Source: Candidatus Woesearchaeota archaeon (GTDB lineage Archaea > Nanobdellota > Nanobdellia > Woesearchaeales > GW2011-AR4). Taken from it: a stretch of DNA of 59,132 nucleotides. The stretch lies in contig JAHFQA010000001.1 in NCBI GenBank assembly GCA_023266475.1, forward strand, positions 1 to 59,132, read 5' to 3'. Positions 1-9,046 of the stretch are shown here, piece by piece. Under the pieces are notes generated by a model. The model worked only from the letters and a program-made list of their open reading frames with translations. It did not search any database and was not told the origin of the DNA. The first letter of the stretch is position 1, and each line of letters begins with the position of its first letter. Both the position numbers and the translations under genes were made by a program.

Positions 1-2
1 GA

Positions 3-422
3 TTAAGGGGCATTGCCATAAGGCAGGATTTAACAGATGAATGGAAAGGCAGGGGAATTAAAGTGCAGGAGGATTTTGCCATCCTTACAAATGAAATCTC
101 AAAAGCTGCTTTTAACAAGACTGTTCAAGAATACAAGCAATTCAAGGGATTGAAGAAAAAGAGCCAGAATTTAAGGGACCACATGACTGACTGGGAATTA
201 ATCCTTACCATGGTAGGTGAAAAAGCAACTACCGATATAACTATCTCTAAGGATTCTGAAGGATTTGAAGAGTGCAAAGAATCAGCAGTAGAAGGCGGGA
301 CTATTGCGAAAAACACAAGAAAAGAATTAGAGGAAAAAATAGGCAAGTCTATTGTTTCAAAAGAAAATTACCTGTATTTGACGCAAAAGAAGAAACAAAA
401 GCAATTGCCACAAGAAAAATAG
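3..422 (+). CDS. DinD / phage antirepressor-like protein, C-terminal part (5' end outside window)
   Basis: The frame of the 63..422 ORF stays open back to base 3 (LRGIAIRQDLTDEWKGRGIK...). The stretch HMTDWELILTMVGEKATTDI...GFEECKESAVEGGTIAKNTRKELE resembles the conserved C-terminal region of DNA-damage-inducible protein D / Bro-antirepressor type proteins. Confidence 0.45.
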   Translation, partial: LRGIAIRQDLTDEWKGRGIKVQEDFAILTNEISKAAFNKTVQEYKQFKGLKKKSQNLRDHMTDWELILTMVGEKATTDITISKDSEGFEECKESAVEGGTIAKNTRKELEEKIGKSIVSKENYLYLTQKKKQKQLPQEK

Positions 423-661
423 AATGGTTGCCTCTTGCACAAACAGCAGAAAGAGGCGACCGGCTTCATCCCACAGATAAATCAGTGGGTATTCGCCCTA
501 CGATTTTATAAAAAAATAATATAAAATCCGATAAGTAAAAAACCAATGGGAAAAATTCTACAAAAATAATCAAAACTAAAACTTTCAAACTATATTCTGA
601 AAGATATAATTAATTAGAAACCTTAATAAACTTCAAAAACAATTCTTTTTTTTGACATAAA

Positions 662-1213
662 ATGAAAACAGGCTACAAAGTTTATGATTGCATGACAACA
701 AAGCCTATTTCAGTTTCTTCGGCTGCAACTTTAGAGGAATGCGCTAAAGTGATGGATAAAAATCACGTTGGCGCTTTGGTAATAAAGGACAACCATGAGT
801 CTAAGGGCTTGATTACCGAGCAGGATATCGTTAGGAAAGTTATAGCCAATGGAATTAATCCGCAAGCAAAGAAAGTAAAGGATTTCATGGAGAAAAAACT
901 GATTAAGATAAAATCAAGTGATGACATATATGATGCGCTCATCAAAATGAGGGATTCTAATATTCGTCATCTTCCTGTTGTTGACAACGGCAAGATGGTT
1001 GGATTGCTTACATTGAAAGACATTTTAAAGATTGAGCCGCAGCTGTTCGAGCTTCTCGTTGAGAAATTTGAATTAAGAGAAGAGACAAGAAAGCCGATTA
1101 ACAGAGTAATTTCAAATGAAGCTATCTGCCAGGGCTGCGGCGCTTACGTTGAAGACGTCAAGAAAGTTAGGGGCTCTTTGCTATGCGAGAGATGCGCAAG
1201 TGAGCAGGGGTAA
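662..1213 (+). CDS. CBS-domain pair protein with C-terminal CxxC...CxxC zinc ribbon
   Basis: Two CBS-like repeats (VGALVIKDN..GLITEQDIVRKV; IRHLPVVDNGKMVGLLTLKDILK). The tail carries CQGCG...CERC. Confidence 0.8.
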   Translation: MKTGYKVYDCMTTKPISVSSAATLEECAKVMDKNHVGALVIKDNHESKGLITEQDIVRKVIANGINPQAKKVKDFMEKKLIKIKSSDDIYDALIKMRDSNIRHLPVVDNGKMVGLLTLKDILKIEPQLFELLVEKFELREETRKPINRVISNEAICQGCGAYVEDVKKVRGSLLCERCASEQG

Positions 1214-1250
1214 ACCATTTAATTCTATTTTGTAAATATTTATAAATAAT

Positions 1251-1264
1251 TAGGGTGGGCAGTA
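1251..1264. repeat. IS terminal inverted repeat (one end)
   Basis: TAGGGTGGGCAGTA is the exact reverse complement of 2166..2179. Confidence 0.85.
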
Positions 1265-1293
1265 TTTCATGCTCTCACATCACTTATTCTTAT

Positions 1294-1932
1294 TTATGGG
1301 TAACCCCATTCAATGAGATTTGAAATAGCAACTGCTTGCAATGCAAGCACAGCAGTTAAAGCAAATACAGCTTTTTTTGCATAGCCTTTAATCCTTGTCC
1401 AATACTCCCTCATAACTTCCAACTTAAGCACACTGTTGCATTGTTCTACACATATTCTAACTTTCTTTAATATCTTTGGCGTTGGCTTTTTAGCTTCCTT
1501 GCCTTTACGACGAGGATTGTGCACAAAAATTCCCTTAGAGCCTTGCTTTTTTACAGATTCTTTTAGCTCTTTAAAATCATAAGCTGGGTCACCGCCAACT
1601 CTTGGAGTTGGGGCTAAAAGCTCATGAGCTTTTTTGCTGTCATGCACGTTTGCATTTGAGAACTCCGCTCTTAATGGAACGCAGAATTCATCACAGCTTA
1701 CATGAAGCTTGAAGCCAACAAACTCTCCCATGCTGCTATGTCCAGTCATGGCTTCCTCATCATCATAATCTGGAATTGGAGTGCTGTCCAAAATGGTCCA
1801 TTCGGAATCATTAATCTGAAGGTATTTGTTTCCTGCCAATTTTATAACTTGGCTTAGCTCTTTTTCGTATTTCTTTTTCCATTCATCGATTGAGCGTTTT
1901 GATGGCATTTTATAAATCCTAATCCCTTCCAA
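1294..1932 (-). CDS. IS transposase orfB (DDE catalytic part, IS4/IS5-like)
   Basis: Candidate DDE residues are ILDSTPI, GGDPAYD and VEQCNSVLK (R-x3-E-x6-K signature). The frame is -1 relative to orfA, and G-AAA-AAG at 1860..1866 lies just before the orfA stop. Confidence 0.8.
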   Translation of the reverse strand: MEGIRIYKMPSKRSIDEWKKKYEKELSQVIKLAGNKYLQINDSEWTILDSTPIPDYDDEEAMTGHSSMGEFVGFKLHVSCDEFCVPLRAEFSNANVHDSKKAHELLAPTPRVGGDPAYDFKELKESVKKQGSKGIFVHNPRRKGKEAKKPTPKILKKVRICVEQCNSVLKLEVMREYWTRIKGYAKKAVFALTAVLALQAVAISNLIEWGYP

Positions 1933-2117
1933 ATACGTTTTCTTTTTTTAAGATGTTTTACCAATTTTCTCGTCGAGAAAATTTTCATTAAGACTGCATA
2001 AAGAAGCAGTCTTATTATTCTTAATAAGCCATAACCCTTTGGTCCTCTTCTTTTTCTTTCAACTTTTTTCGTAATGCTTTTATATACAACTGTTTTTACA
2101 ATATCGATTGGTTTCAT
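1854..2117 (-). CDS. IS transposase orfA (basic, HTH-like N-terminal part)
   Basis: An 87-aa basic ORF (KKVERKRRGPKGYGLLRIIRLLLY) lies inside the IR-bounded element. It overlaps orfB by 79 nt. Confidence 0.7.
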   Translation of the reverse strand: MKPIDIVKTVVYKSITKKVERKRRGPKGYGLLRIIRLLLYAVLMKIFSTRKLVKHLKKRKRIWKGLGFIKCHQNAQSMNGKRNTKKS

Positions 2118-2165
2118 TGAATATCACCTTCCAATGATATTCTTTGACCAATATTTTTAATTAAT

Positions 2166-2179
2166 TACTGCCCACCCTA
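2166..2179. repeat. IS terminal inverted repeat (other end)
   Basis: TACTGCCCACCCTA is the exact reverse complement of 1251..1264. Confidence 0.85.
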
Positions 2180-2294
2180 GATTTCTATATTACATTTTAG
2201 TTTTCTATAAATTAATGAATTACTTAAATCACTAAAAACCCATTTTGTTACCATTGTAAAATAACGAAAAATTTATAAATAGCTTTATATTTTC

Positions 2295-3368
2295 ATGCAA
2301 AAGGTGGTTAAAATCAAACTAAGGCAACTAATAATAAGCTTGACAATAGGTTTACTTCTTTTAAATATTGCATATGCCAGCGGAGAGCATTTGGCCATAT
2401 CCAACATAGATGTAAAGCTAGTCAGCAAAACAGTCAGAAACCTCCATAATGGCGATGTTATTCCAGAGGATGCAAGGCCTGGCCAGCTCGTTGAATTCCG
2501 GGTTGAAGTGGCAAATAATTTCTCAAATACCGATGATGTAAGGATAGAGGATATAACTGTCAAAACTACTATTGAAGGCATTGATGATGGAAATGATCTT
2601 GAAATCGAGTCGGACAGGTTTGACTTGAGGGCTGATACAGAAAGGAAAGTAATATTCAAGTTCGATATTCCATTGGAAGTTCTGGAAGATTCATTTAACG
2701 TGATCATAGAGGCAGAAGGCCAGGATGAAAATGGCACCTTGCACTTTGTTGAAAGCAAGCTGAAACTTGAAGTTCAAAAAGACAATCACAAGTTGATTGT
2801 AATCAAAAAGGCATTGACACCAATTGAAGTGAGCTGCAGCAGGAAAAACATCCAGCTGACCTTGGTAATTTTAAACACAGGCAATTTTGATGAAGAAGCT
2901 GTTACGGTTATGATAAAAAATAGGGATCTGGGAATAGACATAAAAGACCAAATTGGGGAATTAAAATCACGGCCAAACGAGCCTGAAAGCAGATTTTCAA
3001 AAGTATATCCATTAAGAATTTCTGACGATGCTGAGGCTGGAAGCTATCCAATTAATATAAAAGTTTTATACAATGACGACAGGCAAGTTACAGACGAATC
3101 CGTTACATTAACAGTTAGCGAATGCGGCAAGCTGCAGCCAGTTGTTGCAATTGGCACAAAAGACCAAGAGGGAACTGAGGTTATAATGCCGCCGCCTGAA
3201 AAAAAGCCTGAGCCAAAACCAGATGAACTATTACCAGAAGGCACTGTCCTAACACAGGAAAGCTTCATATCAGGAAATGGATTAATATTAATTGTAATAA
3301 TTGCCGAGGTAATTGCGGTTATTATCGGAAGCATTGCAGTAACAACATTGTTCAGGAAAAGGAGCTAA
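2295..3368 (+). CDS. Membrane-anchored surface protein with CARDB/S-layer-like beta-sandwich repeats
   Basis: N-terminal signal peptide (LLLLNIAYASG), two similar roughly 110-aa domains, a P/E/K-rich linker (PPPEKKPEPKPDELLPEG), and a C-terminal TM helix plus a basic tail. Confidence 0.6.
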   Translation: MQKVVKIKLRQLIISLTIGLLLLNIAYASGEHLAISNIDVKLVSKTVRNLHNGDVIPEDARPGQLVEFRVEVANNFSNTDDVRIEDITVKTTIEGIDDGNDLEIESDRFDLRADTERKVIFKFDIPLEVLEDSFNVIIEAEGQDENGTLHFVESKLKLEVQKDNHKLIVIKKALTPIEVSCSRKNIQLTLVILNTGNFDEEAVTVMIKNRDLGIDIKDQIGELKSRPNEPESRFSKVYPLRISDDAEAGSYPINIKVLYNDDRQVTDESVTLTVSECGKLQPVVAIGTKDQEGTEVIMPPPEKKPEPKPDELLPEGTVLTQESFISGNGLILIVIIAEVIAVIIGSIAVTTLFRKRS

Positions 3369-3458
3369 ATCTTTTTTCATATTATTTTTAAATTAAAAAA
3401 CTACAATGATTCAAAAATTTCATTATAACCACTTTTAAGTAGTTATGTAATAGAAACC

Positions 3459-3466
3459 TTTAAATA
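3459..3466 (+). promoter_or_regulatory. Archaeal TATA-box candidate for the TrmB-like gene
   Basis: TTTAAATA starts 34 nt upstream of the ATG at 3493. This implies a very short or absent leader. Confidence 0.45.
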
Positions 3467-3492
3467 CAAATTATCATTACTTTTGATTAAAA

Positions 3493-4263
3493 ATGCATCA
3501 GGAAAAGCAGTTTTTGCAGGAATTAAGAAAATATTTCAGGCTTAACATTTATGAAGTCAAGATTTGGACAGCATTATTAAGCAGGGGAATGGCCTCAGCA
3601 GGTGAGCTTGCTGATATTTCTGGCGTGCCAAGAAGCAGGTGCTATGATGTCCTTGAATCATTGGAAAAGAAAGGATTTATAATAATGAAGATAGGGAAGC
3701 CAATAAAATATCTTGCTGTTCATCCTGAAGCAATTCTTGAACGGGTGAAGAAAAACATAAAAGAAGAGTCAGAAGAACTGGCTCAGCAGATTGAAAAAGT
3801 AAAGGAAACAGAGGAGTTTAAAGAGCTTGAATTGCTCCAGAAGTCTGGAATTCAGCATGTGGACATTTCTAGCATTTCAAAATCCATTGTTGGCAGGACA
3901 AGCATCAACAGATTCGTCAAAGACATGCTTTCTAAAGCAAAATCTAAGGTTGTTGTAGTAACAACCAAAGAGCATTTAACCAGAATTACGAAATTGCTAA
4001 AGGGCTTTATGCCGGGTTTTGCAAAAAAAGAGATTAAAGCAAGGCTTTATTCTCCGTACAGCGAGGATGTAGCTAAAAAGCTGCGAAATCTAGAGCAAGT
4101 TGAATTTAATGCAAACACAGCTTTCATAATAGTTGATAGTAATGAAATGCTGTTTTTAGTTTCAAACCAAATCGTTTCGCCAGAATATGAAGTGGCAATC
4201 TGGATTAATAGCCCTTTTTTTGTCAATTCGGTTAATGTTCTTTTTGAAGAAAGCTTGAAGTGA
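3493..4263 (+). CDS. TrmB-family transcriptional regulator
   Basis: The N-terminal wHTH (YEVKIWTALLSRGMASAGELADISGVPRSRCYDVLESLEKKGFI) is typical of TrmB. It has the long C-terminal domain. Confidence 0.85.
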   Translation: MHQEKQFLQELRKYFRLNIYEVKIWTALLSRGMASAGELADISGVPRSRCYDVLESLEKKGFIIMKIGKPIKYLAVHPEAILERVKKNIKEESEELAQQIEKVKETEEFKELELLQKSGIQHVDISSISKSIVGRTSINRFVKDMLSKAKSKVVVVTTKEHLTRITKLLKGFMPGFAKKEIKARLYSPYSEDVAKKLRNLEQVEFNANTAFIIVDSNEMLFLVSNQIVSPEYEVAIWINSPFFVNSVNVLFEESLK

Positions 4264-4305
4264 AGGATTTAGCAAGTTTTTTAAAAAGAGACTAAACAAT
4301 TTCTA

Positions 4306-5076
4306 ATGCTAAACATGAATAAACAATTTGGAAGACACAATTCGAATGGAGTAGGCGCCAATGGAAATGGAAGATTTCAGACAATCGAAGGCTTGGAAGA
4401 GGTTGTTAGTGATTATTTAAAATATTTTGATGGAGCGATTGAAAGAAAGGCGTTGGAACCATACAATTTCGAAGTTAGATCTTTTTTGAGCCGACTGAAT
4501 CGATTAATTGGAAGCGTTAAAGAATCAAGGGATTTAGTCCCTGCTTTACAGACTATTTATACTATGAATTCCCGCTTGTATCCAACTACATTTGGCTTTG
4601 ATGATTTTTGCCTGGAAATTCAAGGAGAACAGGCAGACCAGTCGCTTGAAAGACTTGCTCAATTGGTTTTAAATGTGGAATCAAGAGATAAAAAATTAAC
4701 TGAATTGTGTCGTTCTATAATGAGTGAAATACAATTAGAAGTTCGCCCTAACTCTTTTTTTCACAACGAAATTGTTTATCTGGCTCAAGGTTTTATTGTT
4801 ATTCCTACTTATGGACCTTCATGTTTTCAAGTCTATAAAATCTCAACCTTCAGATGTGAAGGTGGAAATCTGCACACAAAATTAAAACAGGTATCGCAGC
4901 GAAAATATACAAGTGTTGACGAGGCTATTGGAAGAGAAATAAATCCAAAAGCACTAGGAACACTTGCAATCGCACGGAATACAGGGCATTATCCTTTGCT
5001 TGAAACAGCTCTGCCAATAGTAGAATATAAGTACGAACATGGACTAAGGATGCAATTACCATCAAATCCTCAGTAA
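4306..5076 (+). CDS. Hypothetical protein (no recognisable motif)
   Basis: A 256-aa ORF that fills the gap between two confident genes. The N-terminus is G/N-rich (NSNGVGANGNGR). Confidence 0.5.
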   Translation: MLNMNKQFGRHNSNGVGANGNGRFQTIEGLEEVVSDYLKYFDGAIERKALEPYNFEVRSFLSRLNRLIGSVKESRDLVPALQTIYTMNSRLYPTTFGFDDFCLEIQGEQADQSLERLAQLVLNVESRDKKLTELCRSIMSEIQLEVRPNSFFHNEIVYLAQGFIVIPTYGPSCFQVYKISTFRCEGGNLHTKLKQVSQRKYTSVDEAIGREINPKALGTLAIARNTGHYPLLETALPIVEYKYEHGLRMQLPSNPQ

Positions 5077-5089
5077 TTAAAACGTAAAC

Positions 5090-5097
5090 TTTAAATA
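5090..5097 (+). promoter_or_regulatory. Archaeal TATA-box candidate for psmB
   Basis: TTTAAATA starts 28 nt upstream of the ATG at 5118. It is close enough that the true start may be ATG 5142/5145, which is preceded by AAGGT. Confidence 0.4.
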
Positions 5098-5117
5098 CTA
5101 CATCGATATATCCAACA

Positions 5118-5783
5118 ATGAGAAATTCTAATAAGGTTTTCATGATGGATACTCAAGAAATCAAAACAGGTACAACAACTATAGGCATAGTTTGCAAAGA
5201 TGGATTAATATTGGCTGCAGACAAGAGAGCAACATCAGGATACTTGATTTCATGGAAAAAGTTTGACAAAATTATAACGATAACAGATAATGTTGCTGTT
5301 ACAGTTGCAGGCACTGTTTCTGACGTTCAGTTACTGGTAAAGTACTTGAAAGCAGAGCTCAAATTAAAGGATATAAGGACAGGAAGAGAAACAACCGTAA
5401 AAGAAGCTGCCAGCTTGTTGGCAAACTTTGTATACAACAACATTAGAAAACTAAGCCTGATTCCTGGAATTTCACACTTTATTGTTGGAGGAAAAGACTC
5501 AAGTGGATTTCACCTTTATGATTTAAGCCCTGACGGCTCAATTGTTGAAGTGGATGATTATATTTCCTCTGGCTCAGGTTCTGTTATAGCATTTGGAGTT
5601 TTGGAAACACTATTCAAGAAAGGATTAAGCGTTGATGAAGGAGTCAAGCTTGCTGCTAAAGGAATAAATGCGGCAGTTCAGCGCGACATAGCATCTGGCA
5701 ATGGTGTAGACATAGTAACCATTACAAAAGACGGAATTAAAAAGGTGTATTCAAAAGAGATAGAATACAAGATTGAAGCATAA
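5118..5783 (+). CDS. psmB: Proteasome subunit beta (start may be 5142)
   Basis: A propeptide is followed by the catalytic Thr motif G|TTTIGIVCKDGLILAADKRATSG. It has the Ntn-hydrolase beta-subunit length. Confidence 0.9.
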   Translation: MRNSNKVFMMDTQEIKTGTTTIGIVCKDGLILAADKRATSGYLISWKKFDKIITITDNVAVTVAGTVSDVQLLVKYLKAELKLKDIRTGRETTVKEAASLLANFVYNNIRKLSLIPGISHFIVGGKDSSGFHLYDLSPDGSIVEVDDYISSGSGSVIAFGVLETLFKKGLSVDEGVKLAAKGINAAVQRDIASGNGVDIVTITKDGIKKVYSKEIEYKIEA

Positions 5784-5793
5784 ACTTCTAAAA
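5780..5793 (+). repeat. 14-nt direct repeat copy 1 (overlaps psmB stop)
   Basis: ATAAACTTCTAAAA is identical to 6066..6079. Confidence 0.7.
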
Positions 5794-6065
5794 CATAATT
5801 TCATTGTCACGAAAATCAATAAGTAAATACGTCTGAAAAACAATTGACAAAGCTTTTGTATTTTAACTTTTAAAGTATTTTTATTTATTTTTTTAAAATA
5901 GAAATGGCAAAAGCGTGTTTTGAATTGCCTAATTGTTAAAGGCAAACAGCAAATAAGGAAAAAGCTTAAGGGTAACTTTATCAAAAATATACCCAATAAA
6001 ATAAGAATCCGATAACTATTAACATTAAAAAATACATTCGATATTGCTTTAAAAAATAATAAAAT

Positions 6066-6079
6066 ATAAACTTCTAAAA
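6066..6079 (+). repeat. 14-nt direct repeat copy 2 (ends at the first base of the aCPSF1 ATG)
   Basis: ATAAACTTCTAAAA is identical to 5780..5793. Confidence 0.7.
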
Positions 6080-7971
6080 TGGCTGACATAACAAAGGAAA
6101 TTCTAAAGAATCTTCCTGAAAACAAAATAAGTGATGTGAATTTTGAAGGCGCTAACATAGTGCTCTATACAAAAGACAAGGACTTTTTCTTAAATAATAA
6201 TGGAATGATAAAGAAGATTGTCGACGACATCAAGAAAAGGGTGGAGCTGAGGCCTGATCCAAGCATAACGATGGAGATGGAAGCGGCTGAAAAAGTCATT
6301 CGTTCAACAATTCCTGAAGAAGCCGGAGTTGATCAGGTTATTTTTGATTCGCAAAGAAGCAGGGTAATTATTGAAGCTGACAAGCCGGGCTTGGCTATTG
6401 GAAAGCAAGGCTCAATTCTTAGGGATATAAGAGTCCAAACCTTATGGGTTCCGTTAATAAGGAGAAAGCCAGCGATTCGCTCAAAATTGATTGAAAATAT
6501 AAGGGCTGTCCTTTACCAAAACAGCGATTACAGGAGAAAATTTCTTGACAAAGTCGGACACAGGATTTATGACGGCTGGAGAAGGGAAAAAAAGAACGAA
6601 TGGATTAGGTTAACATATTTGGGAAGCGGAAGGCAAGTAGGAAGAAGCTGCATATTCTTGCAGACGCCGGAGTCAAGAATTTTGCTTGATTGTGGAATAA
6701 ACGTTGCATCTGTCGACAAGCCATACCCATATCTTGATGCACCGGAATTTAACATTAATGATTTGGATGCCGTAATATTAAGCCATGCGCACATGGATCA
6801 TTGCGGGTTTATTCCCTATTTATTCAAATATGGCTATAGGGGCCCTGTTTATTGTACAGAACCATCTAGGGATGTTGCTGCATTGCTGCTGCTAGATTAT
6901 ATAAAAATTCAAAGGGCAGACGGCCAAGACCCGATTTTTACTTCAGAAGAAATCAAAGAAATGATGAAGCATACAATTACTCTTGAGTATGATGAAGTAA
7001 GCGATGTAACTCCTGATGTAAGGATTACAATGTACAATGCAGGCCACATTCTTGGCAGCGCAATGGTTCATCTTCATGTTGGAAACGGATTACACAATAT
7101 TTTATACAGCGGCGACCAGAAATATGGAAGAACATTGCTGCTTGAGCCTGCAGTTACCATGTTTCCAAGGCTTGAAACATTAATGCTTGAAGCAACTTAC
7201 GGCGGCAAGGACAACATTATGCCTCATAGGCAGGAAACTGATGAAGAATTAATGACTATAATAAAGGATACCATTGAAAAGGGTGGTAAAGTTCTTATAC
7301 CCACTTTGGGAGTTGGAAGGGCCCAAGAAGTGATGCTTGCGATTGAGCAAATGGTAAGGGGAGGCAAAATGGAGCCTGTTTCTGTATACATTGACGGCAT
7401 GGTATGGGATGTTACAGCAATTCATACAGCTTATCCCGAATACCTGAACAATTCTGTGAGGAAATTAATATTTCATAAGGACCAAAATCCCTTTTTGCAT
7501 GAGATTTTTAAAAGAGTAGGCTCACAAAAAGAAAGGATGGATGTCATTGAAAACAAAGGGGCTTGTGTAGTTTTGGCAACTTCTGGTATGTTGACTGGAG
7601 GGCCTTCTGTTGAATACTTGAAGCATCTTTGCGACAATCCGAAAAATGCAATTGGGTTTGTAAATTATCAAGGCGAAGGCTCAATGGGAAAAAGGATTCA
7701 GCAAGGGGAAAGGGAATTTACATTCTCCGATGGCGGAAAACAGGAGATGCTTCAGATTAAGATGCAAGTTTATACAGTTGAGGGATTTTCAGGGCATTCC
7801 TCAAGAAATCAATTAATGAATTTTGTTGCAAAATGCGAGCCCAGGCCGAAAAAGGTCATTGTCAATCACGGCGAGAATTCTCGTTGCTTGGATTTAGCCA
7901 GTTCAATACATAAGGGATTTAGGATTGAAACAGTTGCTCCGAGAAATCTGGAGACTGTCAGGGTAAAATAA
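6079..7971 (+). CDS. aCPSF1 / FttA: KH-domain beta-CASP metallo-beta-lactamase ribonuclease (archaeal transcription termination factor)
   Basis: N-terminal KH-type region (GLAIGKQGSILRDIR), the MBL motif SHAHMDHCG, the beta-CASP part, and the 630-aa length typical of aCPSF1. Confidence 0.95.
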   Translation: MADITKEILKNLPENKISDVNFEGANIVLYTKDKDFFLNNNGMIKKIVDDIKKRVELRPDPSITMEMEAAEKVIRSTIPEEAGVDQVIFDSQRSRVIIEADKPGLAIGKQGSILRDIRVQTLWVPLIRRKPAIRSKLIENIRAVLYQNSDYRRKFLDKVGHRIYDGWRREKKNEWIRLTYLGSGRQVGRSCIFLQTPESRILLDCGINVASVDKPYPYLDAPEFNINDLDAVILSHAHMDHCGFIPYLFKYGYRGPVYCTEPSRDVAALLLLDYIKIQRADGQDPIFTSEEIKEMMKHTITLEYDEVSDVTPDVRITMYNAGHILGSAMVHLHVGNGLHNILYSGDQKYGRTLLLEPAVTMFPRLETLMLEATYGGKDNIMPHRQETDEELMTIIKDTIEKGGKVLIPTLGVGRAQEVMLAIEQMVRGGKMEPVSVYIDGMVWDVTAIHTAYPEYLNNSVRKLIFHKDQNPFLHEIFKRVGSQKERMDVIENKGACVVLATSGMLTGGPSVEYLKHLCDNPKNAIGFVNYQGEGSMGKRIQQGEREFTFSDGGKQEMLQIKMQVYTVEGFSGHSSRNQLMNFVAKCEPRPKKVIVNHGENSRCLDLASSIHKGFRIETVAPRNLETVRVK

Positions 7972-8124
7972 TTATTTCTATTCAACACCCTAATCGCTTC
8001 AACATCCAAAATCACTTTCACCAAAATAGGCTTTCTTCTCAATGACAGATCTGCAACTTATTTAGATATAATAAAAAGAAAGAATTAAATAATAACTTGC
8101 TTTGATGGCAAAAGGTGATATAAC

Positions 8125-8469
8125 ATGGGACTATTTAGCCAGACTCTTCAGTATGTAAGAGTTAAACTTGACAAGGTTAATGAAGAAAAATTAATAGGAG
8201 ATGATATCAATAAGGTAAGAGAAACAATATCTATATTAGCTGATCACTTAAAGGAAGCTGTTATCCTGCAAAACCTTATTGCCGAATTAATTCCAATATT
8301 GACGGCTTATGTGGTAAACGTGCAAAATTGTAAGGAAGGACTTAAAGCTTATAATATCAAAGGTGCTATTGCAATAGCAAAGAACCAGCTACAAGCTGCA
8401 ATGAAATTACACGACAAATTGGAAGAAAAGCTAAGAGAAGCAAAGAAATGGACAAATAAATTAATGTAG
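8125..8469 (+). CDS. Hypothetical helical/coiled-coil protein
   Basis: A 114-aa ORF with heptad-like K/E/L composition and no motif. Confidence 0.4.
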   Translation: MGLFSQTLQYVRVKLDKVNEEKLIGDDINKVRETISILADHLKEAVILQNLIAELIPILTAYVVNVQNCKEGLKAYNIKGAIAIAKNQLQAAMKLHDKLEEKLREAKKWTNKLM

Positions 8470-8502
8470 CTTAGCAACTATCTTATTTTACAACTCTAGA
8501 AA

Positions 8503-8955
8503 ATGAAATGCCCTTACTGCAATTACGAAGAGACCCAAGTTATTGATACAAGAGAAACAGAAAATCTTGAAGCAACAAGGCGAAGAAGAGAATGCCTCAA
8601 GTGCAATAAGAGGTTTACTAGCTACGAAAGAGTTGAGGAAGCTGATATTGTTGTTGTCAAGAAAGACGGCAGAAGAGAAAGATTTCAGAGGCAAAAGCTG
8701 CTGAATGGAATTTTGAAGGCATGTGAAAAACGGCCGATTAGCCTTGATAAAGTTGAAAAGCTTGTTGATGAAGTTGAATCAGATTTAAGAAAAAGAGATT
8801 CAGTTGAAGTCGACAGCAAAATAATAGGAGAAATTGCAATAAAAAAATTAAAAAGCATTGACAAAGTCGCTTACATTAGGTTTGCTTCTGTTTATCGTGA
8901 ATTTGAGGACCTTGAAAGATTTGAGGAAGAGTTGGAAAAATTGCAGAAGAAATAA
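8503..8955 (+). CDS. nrdR: NrdR transcriptional repressor (zinc ribbon + ATP-cone)
   Basis: MKCPYCN...VIDTRE...RRRRECLKCNKRFTSYE followed by an ATP-cone (VVKKDGRRERFQRQKLLNGI...AYIRFASVYREF). Confidence 0.9.
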   Translation: MKCPYCNYEETQVIDTRETENLEATRRRRECLKCNKRFTSYERVEEADIVVVKKDGRRERFQRQKLLNGILKACEKRPISLDKVEKLVDEVESDLRKRDSVEVDSKIIGEIAIKKLKSIDKVAYIRFASVYREFEDLERFEEELEKLQKK

Positions 8956-9016
8956 GTATGGTGTTTTTATTTATAATTCTCAAATAAACTATTAATAAGT
9001 AGTAACAAAAGAAAAA

Positions 9017-9024
9017 TTTATAAA
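9017..9024 (+). promoter_or_regulatory. Archaeal TATA-box candidate
   Basis: TTTATAAA starts 30 nt upstream of the ATG at 9047. Confidence 0.45.
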
Positions 9025-9046
9025 GCGATAATGGTTACTTATTAAT

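Larger units (their letters stand above)
1251..2179 (-). mobile_element. IS4/IS5-like insertion sequence (~0.93 kb) with two overlapping transposase ORFs
   Basis: Perfect 14-bp terminal inverted repeats (TAGGGTGGGCAGTA at 1251..1264; TACTGCCCACCCTA at 2166..2179) bracket an HTH-like orfA and a DDE orfB. The ends carry TA/TAG, so the target duplication is ambiguous. Confidence 0.8.

Noticed and set aside
426-461. GC-rich 11-bp-stem hairpin (GGTTGCCTCTT / AAGAGGCGACC) just after the DinD-like stop, followed by a second small hairpin (CCCAC...GTGGG)
   Set aside because: It looks like a bacterial intrinsic terminator stem, but it has no adjoining T-tract and archaeal termination does not rely on such hairpins. 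It is a single instance with no repeat elsewhere in the window, so it is not called as a feature.
272-511. 79-aa plus-strand ORF overlapping the 3' end of the DinD-like gene
   Set aside because: It is an alternative frame of a better-supported CDS and runs into the hairpin-containing spacer. No motif.
2272-2281. TTTATAAATA upstream of the surface-protein gene as its TATA box
   Set aside because: It starts only 23 nt before the ATG at 2295. That is too close for the usual spacing of about 26 nt from TATA centre to start site unless the annotated start is wrong, so it is left uncalled.
5751-6158. 135-aa minus-strand ORF spanning the psmB-aCPSF1 spacer
   Set aside because: It has an extremely F/L/I/K-rich, low-complexity translation and overlaps both flanking gene ends. 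It is most likely a chance ORF in AT-rich DNA.
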